Below are positions 9,780 to 19,033 of a stretch of DNA of 64,000 nucleotides, one piece after another. The notes beneath the pieces are model-generated. The model was not told where the DNA came from, made no database searches, and saw only the letters and a program-made list of their open reading frames with translations. Each line of letters starts with the position of its first letter. Within the stretch, counting starts at the first letter, position 1. Source of the stretch: a virus (lineage: Duplodnaviria; Caudoviricetes). The DNA lies in the IMG/VR virus record IMGVR_UViG_3300026177_000194, positions 1 to 64,000 of that record; one strand, written 5' to 3'. The translations under genes and the position numbers were made by a program.

Positions 9780-10867
9780 AGAACCACAGCTTCGGACGTT
9801 TTATTTTTAGAGTTTAGTCCACGATCTTCACTCGTAACCGAATTCTTTTGTGAAAACAAAAGAATGTTTTTTGCTCCGTTCAAATCTGCATTTTGTCTTG
9901 AGTTACAACTGTTACATACTAGTAAGCTTTGTCTTGGTCTACTTGTATTTGTACTTCCACAAATAGAACAAGTTCTACTAGTATATGCAGGATTAATTTT
10001 CTTAACTAAAATGCCTTTATTTGAACATGAATTTTCTAGAAAATTTGAGAACATCGAATACGGAAAACAACTATTCATTAAATAGTTTAAATTCTTTCCT
10101 TTTGATGTTCCATTTTTTCTAGAAAAGGATTTTCTGATATTTTTCAAATCTTCTATTACCAAGTAACCTACTTGATGTGAAAATAGATAATTTGAGATAT
10201 CAGAAGCTAACTTTCTAATGTAACCATTTGACCAGCTTTGGATAAAAATTTGTTTTTTATATTTTCGATAATTTAACTTTTTATGGATGTAAAGTTTTAA
10301 ATTAAATTTCTTACCATCAGACAAATAAATATTTTTCAAATTTATATCAAGTGCTAAAGTATTTGAAAAATTATTTTTAACATCTTCAATTTCACAATTA
10401 AAAAATACTTTAAAATATTTTCCATTATTTTTTGGAATTAACTCAATTCTCTTAATTTTCTTAGTAGTTTTTAATTTCTCAATAATTCGTTTTCCTTCCA
10501 AAGGAAAATTAATTCTGAAAAAACGTAAAAAACAATTAAAGTATTTATCTTCAAATTTTAAATTAAAAGATTGATAATCTAAAATTATTGGAACTTCAAT
10601 TTTCTTTGTATTCTTTAAACGTTTTGATTTAACTGATGATAAAACTTTATCTCTAATTTGTTGAAACAATTTGGTATTCATATCAGGATATTTTTGTTTT
10701 AGAAGAAAATAAGTATTTTTATGAACTTCTGATTTTCTATATTCTTTATTTATTTTGATATAATTAAGAATAAAATCGGAAACTTCCTGGCAATCGGAAT
10801 AAATTGAATTTAAAAATTCAATTTTTCCTTTATTTCCAACTAAATTAAGAGAAAAAGTTTTAATCAT
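9776..10867 (-). CDS. tnpB: RNA-guided endonuclease TnpB (363 aa), RuvC motifs intact
   Basis: LALDIN, VIEDL, CSICG..CNSC, NADLNGAKNI. Confidence 0.9.
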   Translation of the reverse strand: MIKTFSLNLVGNKGKIEFLNSIYSDCQEVSDFILNYIKINKEYRKSEVHKNTYFLLKQKYPDMNTKLFQQIRDKVLSSVKSKRLKNTKKIEVPIILDYQSFNLKFEDKYFNCFLRFFRINFPLEGKRIIEKLKTTKKIKRIELIPKNNGKYFKVFFNCEIEDVKNNFSNTLALDINLKNIYLSDGKKFNLKLYIHKKLNYRKYKKQIFIQSWSNGYIRKLASDISNYLFSHQVGYLVIEDLKNIRKSFSRKNGTSKGKNLNYLMNSCFPYSMFSNFLENSCSNKGILVKKINPAYTSRTCSICGSTNTSRPRQSLLVCNSCNSRQNADLNGAKNILLFSQKNSVTSEDRGLNSKNKTSEAVVL

Positions 10868-11250
10868 TTTATTTTATCTTCCTGATTTCTTATGTAATCT
10901 AAAATTTTGTCTTGAGATACATTACCAACAGTTGAAACAAAATAACCAGAAGACCAAAAACCTGAATTCCAATAATATTGGTTTCTAATTAATGGAAAAG
11001 TTTTAAAAATATTATAAGATGAAATAACTTTTAAATTTCTTATAACTGAAGAAACAGAATAAGTTGGTTCTAATTCTAAACAAATATGAATATGTTCTGG
11101 TTCTATATCAAAACCAAGAATTTTGTAATTATACTTAGAACAAATAGTTATAATTTGATTATTTAGAAAAGTTTTTAAATCATTTTGTAAAATTCTTCTT
11201 CTATATTTAGTACAGAATACAATATGGTATTTTAATTCTGATTTATACAT
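10864..11250 (-). CDS. tnpA: IS200/IS605 Y1 (HUH) transposase
   Basis: HIVFCTKYRR, HIH motif, FWSSGYFVSTVG, YIRNQ. Confidence 0.95.
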   Translation of the reverse strand: MYKSELKYHIVFCTKYRRRILQNDLKTFLNNQIITICSKYNYKILGFDIEPEHIHICLELEPTYSVSSVIRNLKVISSYNIFKTFPLIRNQYYWNSGFWSSGYFVSTVGNVSQDKILDYIRNQEDKIK

Positions 11251-11414
11251 TGAAAATACTCCTTGTTAATAACTTCAATGATTAAATCTTGAATTGTAAA
11301 TTTTTTATTTTCCTCAATCATTCTCATTGCTGCTATTTTTTCAAGTTCTTTTATTTGATCAATTGTTAATTTCAGAAAAACTTGTTTTGAACTCATATGA
11401 TGATATCCTTTCAT
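11232..11414 (-). CDS. Ribbon-helix-helix-like small protein inside IS element 1
   Basis: KQVFLKLTIDQIKELEKIA...TIQDLIIEVINKEY pattern. Confidence 0.5.
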   Translation of the reverse strand: MKGYHHMSSKQVFLKLTIDQIKELEKIAAMRMIEENKKFTIQDLIIEVINKEYFQCINQN

Positions 11415-11420
11415 ATTTTT

Positions 11421-11508
11421 ATATTTGTTCTAAACAAATCAGAAGATCGGTTCAAATTCATCTAAGGGTCTAAAGACCACTTAGTTTTCTTTGACCGAAT
11501 TATATAAA
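11421..11508. repeat. 88-bp identical direct repeat (IS left end) shared with 54724-54811; 37-bp inverted copy at 55598-55634
   Basis: Base-by-base identity by eye; the inverted copy has one mismatch. Confidence 0.9.
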
Positions 11509-11558
11509 AAAACCTGGGTTTTTAATTTTTAAAACCCAGGTTTATATTTTTTGGAGGA

Positions 11559-11849
11559 ATGATGGAAAAATTAAAACCTTGTCCTTTTTGTGGGGAAAAA
11601 GAAGATATTAGTTTAAAGTGTAAAAGGTATCACGGAGGAGCAGTGGAAGTAAATGGTAGTAAATTTTGGTTTGTTGAATGTCTTCCGTGTGATGTTAGAA
11701 CCGGAGATTGTTTTGATTTAGATGCTCCTCTTTCTGGTTTTAAAGATGGAAAGGAAATGGCTATAGCGCAATGGAACAGGAGAGTTTCAGATGAAAAACC
11801 TGACATGAATAAAGTTCATAAAATTATAGAAAAAGTTAAAGAAATTTAA
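11559..11849 (+). CDS. Lar-family (restriction alleviation) Zn-ribbon protein
   Basis: LKPCPFCG...FVECLPC...AIAQWNRR. Confidence 0.65.
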   Translation: MMEKLKPCPFCGEKEDISLKCKRYHGGAVEVNGSKFWFVECLPCDVRTGDCFDLDAPLSGFKDGKEMAIAQWNRRVSDEKPDMNKVHKIIEKVKEI

Positions 11850-11876
11850 TTTTATAAAGGAGCTTAATCATTTGTT

Positions 11877-12173
11877 ATGAAAATGTTAATTGAAATTGAA
11901 AATCTTACTGAAGCTCAAAAAATTGCTTTAGAAGATATGTTTGCAACAATGGTTAATCTTGGAAATATTGGTGCCAGTAGATGGGTTTGTTTTTATTCTG
12001 ATGGTGATGGAAATTTCAGACCAAAAATAATAGTCGATGGGAAAAAACCAGAATTTACAAAGTTATTAACCAAAGAAGATAGATGGAAAAATGATGAATA
12101 CAGAATTGATTTTGATAAAATAGCATGGTTGTTAAGAGATATTAAAGAAAAAAGAAAACTGGAGAAAAAATAA
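11877..12173 (+). CDS. Hypothetical protein
   Basis: Co-oriented ORF containing SDGDGNFRPK. Confidence 0.6.
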   Translation: MKMLIEIENLTEAQKIALEDMFATMVNLGNIGASRWVCFYSDGDGNFRPKIIVDGKKPEFTKLLTKEDRWKNDEYRIDFDKIAWLLRDIKEKRKLEKK

Positions 12174-12451
12174 TGAAAAAATTCTTTAGCAAAATTATAA
12201 TCATTTTTTTAATTCTTTCGTTATTTATTGCATGCGGAGATTCAAAAGTTATTGATGGTGTTGAATATGAAACATATGGATTAATTAATCGAGATGAGAT
12301 CAGAAACCCAAATATTAAATATAAAGTTATTATTGGAAATGTAGTTTGGGGAATTATTTTATGTGAAACCATCGTGGCGCCAGTTTACTTTTTTGGATTT
12401 TCATTACATGAACCTGTTGAAAAAATAAAGGAGAAAAAAGATGGAATCTAA
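12173..12451 (+). CDS. Putative lipoprotein/membrane protein
   Basis: Signal peptide with lipobox-like LFIAC; ETYGL motif; C-terminal hydrophobic segment. Confidence 0.55.
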   Translation: MKKFFSKIIIIFLILSLFIACGDSKVIDGVEYETYGLINRDEIRNPNIKYKVIIGNVVWGIILCETIVAPVYFFGFSLHEPVEKIKEKKDGI

Positions 12452-12626
12452 ATGCAGATGCAGACCCCCAAAAAGAGATCCTCGTTGTATGTATTGTGGG
12501 TCAATGTATGTTGGCGAATTTATATGCGGAGTATGTGCAGAAGCTGGTATTGATGGAAAAGTTATAAGAGGAACTAAAAGAGTCATATGTTCTAAACATA
12601 AGAAAGACAAGTTGGGGAAAAAATGA
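12441..12626 (+). CDS. Small Cys-rich protein
   Basis: CRC, CMYC, CGVC; overlaps both neighbours. Confidence 0.45.
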   Translation: MESKCRCRPPKRDPRCMYCGSMYVGEFICGVCAEAGIDGKVIRGTKRVICSKHKKDKLGKK

Positions 12627-14440
12627 ATACAATAGATCAACTAAAAGAATATGATAGATTATATTTTAATGAAGGAACAAGTCCTTTAACTGATACAGAA
12701 TATGATCTATTAAAAACAAAAGCTAAAAATGAATTTCCAAACGATCCATATTTTTCAGAGATTGGTGCAAAAATTGATTCTAAATTTGAAGAAATTAAAC
12801 TACCATTTACAATGGGAGGATTAGATAAGGTTGATCCTTCTGATGTAATGGATTGGATAAAAAAAGAAAATGATGATATCATTGCATCTGAGAAATTAGA
12901 TGGAAACAGTATTGGATGTATATGGGAAAATAATAAATTAAATTTTGCAGCATCAAGAGGTGATGGACAAAAAGGTCAAAATCTTTTAAATAAGATAACT
13001 TATTGTATTCCAGATATTCCAATTAAAGATACTATTAAATTAAGAGGAGAAGTATTATTAGAAGGAGATATTTATAAATCTCTTGGTTTTAAAAATAGAA
13101 GAAATGCAGTAACTGGACTATTAAGACGAGATGAAATTGATCCAAGTGTTTTATCAAAACTATCAGTAATTTTTTATGAATTGGTTGAAGTTCCAAATAC
13201 AATTGTTTTAAAAAATGAAGTTGAAAGATTATTATTTATTCGAGATACTTTAAGATTAAGAGTTCCAGACTTTTGTTTAATTCCTTCTAATCATACTGAC
13301 CAAATTAAAGCTTTAGAAGATTTTCTACAAGATTCAAAAGAAAGAGCTAATTATGACATTGATGGATTAGTATTAACGAGAAATAATTCTGTAAGAGAAA
13401 ATGTCATGCATCCTAAAAATAAAGTTAAGTTTAAAGTAAATGAATTAGCAAAAGTTTGTGAAGTAATTGGAATTGAATGGAATGTTACAAGAGTCGGATA
13501 TATTAAACCAGTGATTCTAATTAATCCTACAGAAATATTAGGAGTTACTGTTTCTAGAGTTTCTGGATTTAATGCAGACTTTATAGTAAATAATAAAATT
13601 GGTAAAGGATCTATTATTGGGGTAGTTAGATCCGGAGATGTTATTCCTTATGTTACCGAAGTTTTTAAATCAGTTGAACCAGAATTACCAGATGTGTGTC
13701 CATCTTGCGGAATTAATTTAATTCAAAAGAGTAAAGAAATTGTTTGTGAAAATCCAAATTGTTATCAAAAAAATATTTTGATGACATCACATTTCTTTAT
13801 TGAGATGGGTGTTGATGGTTTCTCGGATAAAACCATTGAAAATATTGGTATCATTTCAATTCCAGAAATTTACCAATTATCTAAAGAAAAACTGTCGAAA
13901 ATTCCAGGTTTCGGTGAGAAAAAAGCTGAAATTATCGTAGAGCAAGTTAATAAAACTTTACGAGTTAAACCAGAAAAACTATTGTCAGCTTTTGGTATGC
14001 CTCTGATTGGTAAAACTTTATCTAAACAATTGTGTTCTATTTTTACTATAGATCAATTGTTTGAAATAAAAGATCCAGAAGTAATTGGTTTAGGTCCGAT
14101 AACATCAATGAGTTTAATTGATAATATTGGAAATTTTAAATGGTTATATGATTATCTAAAATCTATTGGTTTAGAATTTGTGGAGGAAGATTTGAGTACA
14201 AAAACTTTAAAAGGATTGAAGTTTGCTCTTACAGGAGAAGGTCCTTTGAAAAGAGCAGAAATTCAAAAACTAATTGAAGAATTGGGTGGAGAATTAAAAG
14301 GTATTAGTAAAGATGTTAATTATTTAGTAACCAATGATCCAGATTCCAAAAGTGGAAAAATGAAGTCAGCTGAAAAATTTGGAATTCCAGTTATTAGTTA
14401 TGATCATTTGTTTGTTGATTTTCTAGGAATTAATGTTTAA
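12623..14440 (+). CDS. ligA: NAD-dependent DNA ligase
   Basis: EKLDG adenylation motif, YDIDGLVL, OB fold RSGDVIP, C4 Zn finger, HhH repeats, C-terminal BRCT. Confidence 0.95.
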   Translation: MNTIDQLKEYDRLYFNEGTSPLTDTEYDLLKTKAKNEFPNDPYFSEIGAKIDSKFEEIKLPFTMGGLDKVDPSDVMDWIKKENDDIIASEKLDGNSIGCIWENNKLNFAASRGDGQKGQNLLNKITYCIPDIPIKDTIKLRGEVLLEGDIYKSLGFKNRRNAVTGLLRRDEIDPSVLSKLSVIFYELVEVPNTIVLKNEVERLLFIRDTLRLRVPDFCLIPSNHTDQIKALEDFLQDSKERANYDIDGLVLTRNNSVRENVMHPKNKVKFKVNELAKVCEVIGIEWNVTRVGYIKPVILINPTEILGVTVSRVSGFNADFIVNNKIGKGSIIGVVRSGDVIPYVTEVFKSVEPELPDVCPSCGINLIQKSKEIVCENPNCYQKNILMTSHFFIEMGVDGFSDKTIENIGIISIPEIYQLSKEKLSKIPGFGEKKAEIIVEQVNKTLRVKPEKLLSAFGMPLIGKTLSKQLCSIFTIDQLFEIKDPEVIGLGPITSMSLIDNIGNFKWLYDYLKSIGLEFVEEDLSTKTLKGLKFALTGEGPLKRAEIQKLIEELGGELKGISKDVNYLVTNDPDSKSGKMKSAEKFGIPVISYDHLFVDFLGINV

Positions 14441-14470
14441 TTAATATTTATGTTTTAATTTAAAAATTAA

Positions 14471-14845
14471 ATGGAGTTCATGATGGAAAAAATTTATGAA
14501 TTTGTAAATATTGATAAAAGAGATACAGGAATAGATAATATTATTATTCGTATTTTTTCAGAAGGAGATACAAAATTAGAAAAACCTCCAAAAATACATG
14601 TTAGCAATATTTATGGAGAATTTAATAAAAAAAATAGTTTTTCTGTTGATGTTAGAAGTAAAAATGTAGTAAAGGGAAAAGTAAAGATTACAGAAAACGA
14701 ATTTCAAAATATTTTAAAATGGATAAAATTAAATGAAAAAAAAATAATTAAATATTGGAAATTTGGAACTGAAATGATTACAGAACCATTTTTGAACAGT
14801 TTAAAATCTATACAAACTAAAAATATAAATGGAGACTTAAAATGA
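14471..14845 (+). CDS. Hypothetical protein (DUF4160-like), tandem paralog A
   Basis: TGI...PxIxVSNxY...WIxLNxxxIxxYW is shared with the next gene. Confidence 0.55.
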   Translation: MEFMMEKIYEFVNIDKRDTGIDNIIIRIFSEGDTKLEKPPKIHVSNIYGEFNKKNSFSVDVRSKNVVKGKVKITENEFQNILKWIKLNEKKIIKYWKFGTEMITEPFLNSLKSIQTKNINGDLK

Positions 14846-15192
14846 ATAGTATAAATTTGTTGACAGAAATAAATATAACATATAAACATACGGGTATTAA
14901 AAAAATAGTAATAGAAATTTATTCACAAGGATTAAAAAGAAGTAAGCATGGGCCAAGAATCAAAGTAAGTAATGTTTATAATAAATTTAGAAATGATGAT
15001 TGTTTTGTAATTAACATAAAAACTCTAGAAGTTGAAGAAGGTGAGATTAAAATCAAGAGTAAAGAATTAATTTTAGTATGTAAATGGATTGTGTTAAATA
15101 GACCATTACTTTTAGATTATTGGAAAAACGAATCAAAAATATCAACTAGAGACTTATTAGAAAAAATAAAAAAATATAATATTATTTTATAA
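14842..15192 (+). CDS. Hypothetical protein (DUF4160-like), tandem paralog B
   Basis: Colinear similarity to 14471-14845. Confidence 0.55.
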   Translation: MNSINLLTEINITYKHTGIKKIVIEIYSQGLKRSKHGPRIKVSNVYNKFRNDDCFVINIKTLEVEEGEIKIKSKELILVCKWIVLNRPLLLDYWKNESKISTRDLLEKIKKYNIIL

Positions 15193-15215
15193 AATGACCT
15201 CATTCAATTTTCAGA

Positions 15216-15455
15216 ATGAGGTCATTTTTAAAGAAGGATCTTATAAAGATGTTTGAAAAACGCTATGATATAATTGAAAATTTTCTTATTGTAATTATGA
15301 TAATTTGTTTTTTAATTAGTATAACCATTCAATGTAGTAAAGTTTTTAAATCAGAAAAAGAACAATCTATTGAATCAAGAATTACTTATGATTCAGATGG
15401 AAAAGAAATGCAAAAAATTAAAAAACAAATTTATTCTGATCAGGAGCTAAAGTGA
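15216..15455 (+). CDS. Small membrane protein
   Basis: One TM segment; the true start may be downstream, since the annotated start overlaps a terminator hairpin. Confidence 0.45.
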   Translation: MRSFLKKDLIKMFEKRYDIIENFLIVIMIICFLISITIQCSKVFKSEKEQSIESRITYDSDGKEMQKIKKQIYSDQELK

Positions 15456-15618
15456 ACTATGAAGATTTATCACTAGAAGAATTAGAAAAAGATATTTTTT
15501 ATTCAAAAAAGATGCTTCCATATTTATCAGGATATGTGTATAAAAGCTATGAAGGATGGATAATTAAAAAAGAAGAAAGAGTTAAATTTTTAAAAGAAAA
15601 ATTAGAGGAGAAAAATTC

Positions 15619-15909
15619 ATGATTAAAAGAAAAAAACAATCAAAAACTTCGTGGACAATTGAAAATGAAATTAGATTTGTTAAACGTATCGGAACATGGG
15701 GATTCTCAAATACTAGAAAGAGTGAATTTCCCAGATTGACACTTCTGGAAAATTATTTAAAATCATCCATAAAAAGAGAAACATTTGGAAAAGATTTTGA
15801 TAAGGAACGGCTTATTAAATTTATTTCGGATGAAATTGAAAAAGAGAAAAAACCTATACTAACTACAAAACTCCCTGCCGCAAAAACTAAATGTAAACGA
15901 AAGAAGTGA
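15619..15909 (+). CDS. Hypothetical basic protein
   Basis: SD GAGGAG. Confidence 0.55.
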   Translation: MIKRKKQSKTSWTIENEIRFVKRIGTWGFSNTRKSEFPRLTLLENYLKSSIKRETFGKDFDKERLIKFISDEIEKEKKPILTTKLPAAKTKCKRKK

Positions 15910-15933
15910 ATTACTGAAAATTAAGGAGTTAAA

Positions 15934-16170
15934 ATGAAAATAAAGATAGATAAAGTTAAATCTGGTTATATTGCAGATTTTATTGAGTTGTCAGGATCTC
16001 CACCGATTGGATCTGGAAAAACAAAAGTTGAAGCAGTAGTTTGTTTATTTGCTAGAAATAAATCTAATTTATCAAAATTAGATTTTAATGTAGTTGAAAT
16101 AAATGGAAAATTGTGGAGAGGATTAAAAGATGGCAGAAAAAGAAATTTGCATATGTGCAGCAGTTATTGA
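15934..16170 (+). CDS. Hypothetical protein
   Basis: SD AAGGAG. Confidence 0.5.
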   Translation: MKIKIDKVKSGYIADFIELSGSPPIGSGKTKVEAVVCLFARNKSNLSKLDFNVVEINGKLWRGLKDGRKRNLHMCSSY

Positions 16171-16393
16171 TAGTACTGGTTACATTTGGAGAGGTCATCG
16201 CCATGCAGATTGTATCGGTTTAATTATTGAAAACAGACGGGGTTATACAGAATCAAGTTCACAAGGATTCATAACTTCAAAAAATCGTTTTGTTGATAGA
16301 TATGAAGGTTATAAATTACAAATAGAAGCTGGTATTCCTTCAGCATCCGGAGGATATAGAGGGAAAAGATTATATAGCGAAGATTTGTATTAA
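16130..16393 (+). CDS. Conserved phage hypothetical protein
   Basis: ICAAV...GHRHADC...QGFITSKNRFVDRYE...LYSEDLY pattern. Confidence 0.6.
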   Translation: MAEKEICICAAVIDSTGYIWRGHRHADCIGLIIENRRGYTESSSQGFITSKNRFVDRYEGYKLQIEAGIPSASGGYRGKRLYSEDLY

Positions 16394-16409
16394 AAAGAAG
16401 GGAACTAAA

Positions 16410-16853
16410 ATGACATTAAAAGAAAAAATTACATTAGCATCAAACTACAATAAACTTTTTCAATGTTTGGTTGCAATTCTTGCAAATCATTTATCAGGTG
16501 TTAATATTGATAAAGATTTTTCTCCAAAACCAATTTTTAAATATGAAGGCGGTGTTGTAGTAAATGGCAGAGAAATTGTCATAGGATATAATGACCATGA
16601 TGATAAAATCTTTTGTTATGATGATTATTCCTATCAAAGAAGAGAAGAAGCAGATAACACAGAATTATCTGTAACAGAACTTCTTGAAAAAATTGATTGG
16701 GAAAAAATTGATAATTTACAAGAAAATATTGAATTTTTTATTATTGTTGATCATGGAATAAAATTAACACCGGATGAATTAAAAGACATTTTATCTAATT
16801 TTGTTAAAAACCCATACGGTGATCCTTTAAGAAATCTATTCCTTGATAATTAA
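16410..16853 (+). CDS. Hypothetical protein
   Basis: 147-aa ORF in the operon. Confidence 0.55.
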   Translation: MTLKEKITLASNYNKLFQCLVAILANHLSGVNIDKDFSPKPIFKYEGGVVVNGREIVIGYNDHDDKIFCYDDYSYQRREEADNTELSVTELLEKIDWEKIDNLQENIEFFIIVDHGIKLTPDELKDILSNFVKNPYGDPLRNLFLDN

Positions 16854-17130
16854 TATAAGGAGAACAATGAAAGAATTAAATGAAATGATTGAAAAATTGA
16901 AAAATAATAGATGCGTTAAAGTTAAATCAGTATTGATTCCCATTGGATTTGAAAAAACCTGTAATTGTAAATGGGATTATGAAATTCCAGATTACATAAA
17001 TGGTATGTGTTATATTGTAGAAGGAAAAAATGAATTGAATAAGAGAAAATACTTCAGAAGGTTTAAAGATATTTCAAGATATTATTGTCCAAAATGTGGA
17101 AAAGAACTTCAAAGAATTAGTGGTGAATAA
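16843..17130 (+). CDS. Hypothetical Zn-ribbon protein
   Basis: CNC...YCPKCG. Confidence 0.5.
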   Translation: MIINIRRTMKELNEMIEKLKNNRCVKVKSVLIPIGFEKTCNCKWDYEIPDYINGMCYIVEGKNELNKRKYFRRFKDISRYYCPKCGKELQRISGE

Positions 17131-17271
17131 TCCCGCAGGTTTTTCATTGTTTTTCATAAAATTTCATCCGACATAGATGTTTGAATCTATCTTAGTCATG
17201 CCCGGTGAATTCTTAACTATCATTTTATCGGGAAATTTGATGGTTGAGGCTCCTTTCAAGAAGATGTAGTG

Positions 17272-17296
17272 AGTGGGAGGTGACTACCCGCTTTTT
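17272..17296 (+). terminator. Intrinsic terminator; twin at 17661-17688
   Basis: Stem-AGGTGACTA loop-stem followed by a T-tract in both copies, with different stems. Confidence 0.6.
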
Positions 17297-17335
17297 AATT
17301 ATTAAAAAAACTAAAAAATAATGTAAGGAGACTCA

Positions 17336-17590
17336 ATGTATAGTATGAAAGAAAATAATCTAAGATTGTTGAAGAATACAATCATTAGATATTTAATGTT
17401 TGAAAAAATAGATGTTGCTAGAAAATTCTTAAAAAATAGATGTGGGTATACCATTGGAAGTAAGAAACGAAAAGTGTCTTATGATATAAAAATTTTAGAA
17501 TATGGAAAATATAATATTACAAGAAAAATTTACACTCCGAGTAAAACCATTGTTTCAGATACAATTATAGTGAATAATTTTAGAAAATAA
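17336..17590 (+). CDS. Hypothetical protein
   Basis: SD AAGGAG. Confidence 0.55.
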   Translation: MYSMKENNLRLLKNTIIRYLMFEKIDVARKFLKNRCGYTIGSKKRKVSYDIKILEYGKYNITRKIYTPSKTIVSDTIIVNNFRK

Positions 17591-17714
17591 TTTAAATTAT
17601 AGAAACAGAAATAGATAAGATTATAAAGAAAATAAAATTATAACGGAAAATAGGACTCAGAAAGCGAGAGGTGACTACTCGCTTTTTTAATTATTTAAAA
17701 CAGGAGAAAAATTA

Positions 17715-17888
17715 ATGTCAAATATGTCTTATTGTAGATTTGAAAATACATACAAAGACCTTCGCGATTGTGTGGAGCATATAGAAGACGAAAATCTATC
17801 AGAATCAGAAAAATTTTATAGAGGAAGAATTATTGAGTTATCAAAAGAAATTTCTGAGTTTGATGAAATAATTTCTGATGAGGGATGA
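17715..17888 (+). CDS. Conserved small phage protein (MSNMSYCRFENT family), 57 aa
   Basis: Below the track cutoff. SD CAGGAG; characteristic N-terminus. Confidence 0.65.
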   Translation: MSNMSYCRFENTYKDLRDCVEHIEDENLSESEKFYRGRIIELSKEISEFDEIISDEG

Positions 17889-18192
17889 AATGTTGATAGC
17901 AGAAAATTTATTAAAAATTATTCAAAAATGGTTAAAAAAAGATAAAGCTAAAAAAATTATTTTGAAATCAGAATTAACTATTACTTTATCAAATGGTTCA
18001 CAAATAGCTTGGAATAACCCGGTAAAAAATAAAAGTTCATTAATTCGACCATGGAGAAATTTTTACAAATGGTATTTTACCAAAAATACTCCGTATTATG
18101 TTATGAGATATAATCTAGGACAAGTGATGTTTCTTCGCAATGATATAAAAAATTTTAGAATTAGTCTTGTAGAAGTGGAGGATGAAAAATAA
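17878..18192 (+). CDS. Hypothetical protein
   Basis: 104-aa ORF. Confidence 0.5.
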   Translation: MRDEMLIAENLLKIIQKWLKKDKAKKIILKSELTITLSNGSQIAWNNPVKNKSSLIRPWRNFYKWYFTKNTPYYVMRYNLGQVMFLRNDIKNFRISLVEVEDEK

Positions 18193-18380
18193 AATGGAAT
18201 TTTCTGTACCATGGTTTTTATTTGGTTTAGCAATAGGCGCCGTAATTGGTGTTATTTCAGCAACAATCTATAATGAAGATAAAAATTTACAAACTAAAAA
18301 ATAATTCATTTTGTAATGGTAAAGTGATGTAAACTTATTCGACAAAATTACAAAAAATTTAAAAAAAGGAGGTAATTACT

Positions 18381-18980
18381 ATGGAAGAAAAACATTTCAG
18401 AATTGAGTTAATTACAGAAATGTTAGGAACTGTTCCAAAAGATCCTGACATTTACAAAACGTACATTGAATCGAAGAAACCAGAAGAAATCACAGATGAA
18501 GAATATTTATCCGTTGAGAAGATTGAAGAAAAAGGGTGGACCGGATTTCATTCTGATGAAAACGGATTATTCATCTACGATTACATGATCAGAGGATTTT
18601 TGAAAAATGCGGGTAATGTTTTAAAAGAATCTTTGAAATTGAAATCTGTGAAATCAAAGATTGATCAATTTGTTTTCGTATTTCCGAGAAAAATATACCT
18701 TGGAAAAACTGAACCAGATGGAGATTTAAAACGGTCACTAAGAGTTATGGGACCTAGTGGACCTAGAGTTTGTATTGCAAAATCTGATCTGGTTAATGCA
18801 GGAACAATTCTTGATTTTTATATTAAAATTGTTCCAAATAAAGATATTGATATGGAAACGATTGATCATATCATGGAGTACGGGCAGTTATGTGGAATTG
18901 GTCAGTTTCGGAATGGATCATATGGAAGATTCGTAGTTCAACAAATTGAAGGTCATACCGGAACAAAACATGCTGCATAA
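18381..18980 (+). CDS. Stand-alone Cas7/Csf2-like RAMP-fold protein (199 aa)
   Basis: RAMP layout: beta1 FRIELITEMLGT, helix GLFIYDYMIRGFLKNA, C-terminal Gly-rich loop GQLCGIGQFRNGSYGRFVV. SD AGGAGGT. No other cas genes in the window. Confidence 0.7.
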   Translation: MEEKHFRIELITEMLGTVPKDPDIYKTYIESKKPEEITDEEYLSVEKIEEKGWTGFHSDENGLFIYDYMIRGFLKNAGNVLKESLKLKSVKSKIDQFVFVFPRKIYLGKTEPDGDLKRSLRVMGPSGPRVCIAKSDLVNAGTILDFYIKIVPNKDIDMETIDHIMEYGQLCGIGQFRNGSYGRFVVQQIEGHTGTKHAA

Positions 18981-18985
18981 CTTCG

Positions 18986-19029
18986 AAAGGGAAACATCAG
19001 GATTTGAGTCGTCTTGATGTTTCCCTTTT
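18986..19029 (+). promoter_or_regulatory. Long hairpin between the RAMP gene and the repeat array (terminator or processing/leader element)
   Basis: AAAGGGAAACATCAGGA / TCTTGATGTTTCCCTTT inverted repeat. Confidence 0.65.
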
Positions 19030-19033
19030 ATTT

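Larger units (their letters stand above)
9760..11503 (-). mobile_element. IS200/IS605 element 1 (RHH + tnpA + tnpB)
   Basis: Left end TTAT|15 nt-AAAA-hairpin CTAAGTGGTC-TTTA-GACCCTTAG. Right end GAAG-CTGTGGTTC-TTTA-GAACCTCAG-TAAT-TCAC. Confidence 0.85.

Noticed and set aside
11421-11508. 88-bp repeat as a CRISPR repeat, att site or terminal repeat
   Set aside because: Both copies sit at the 5' ends of tnpB elements and contain the IS605-type left-end hairpin.
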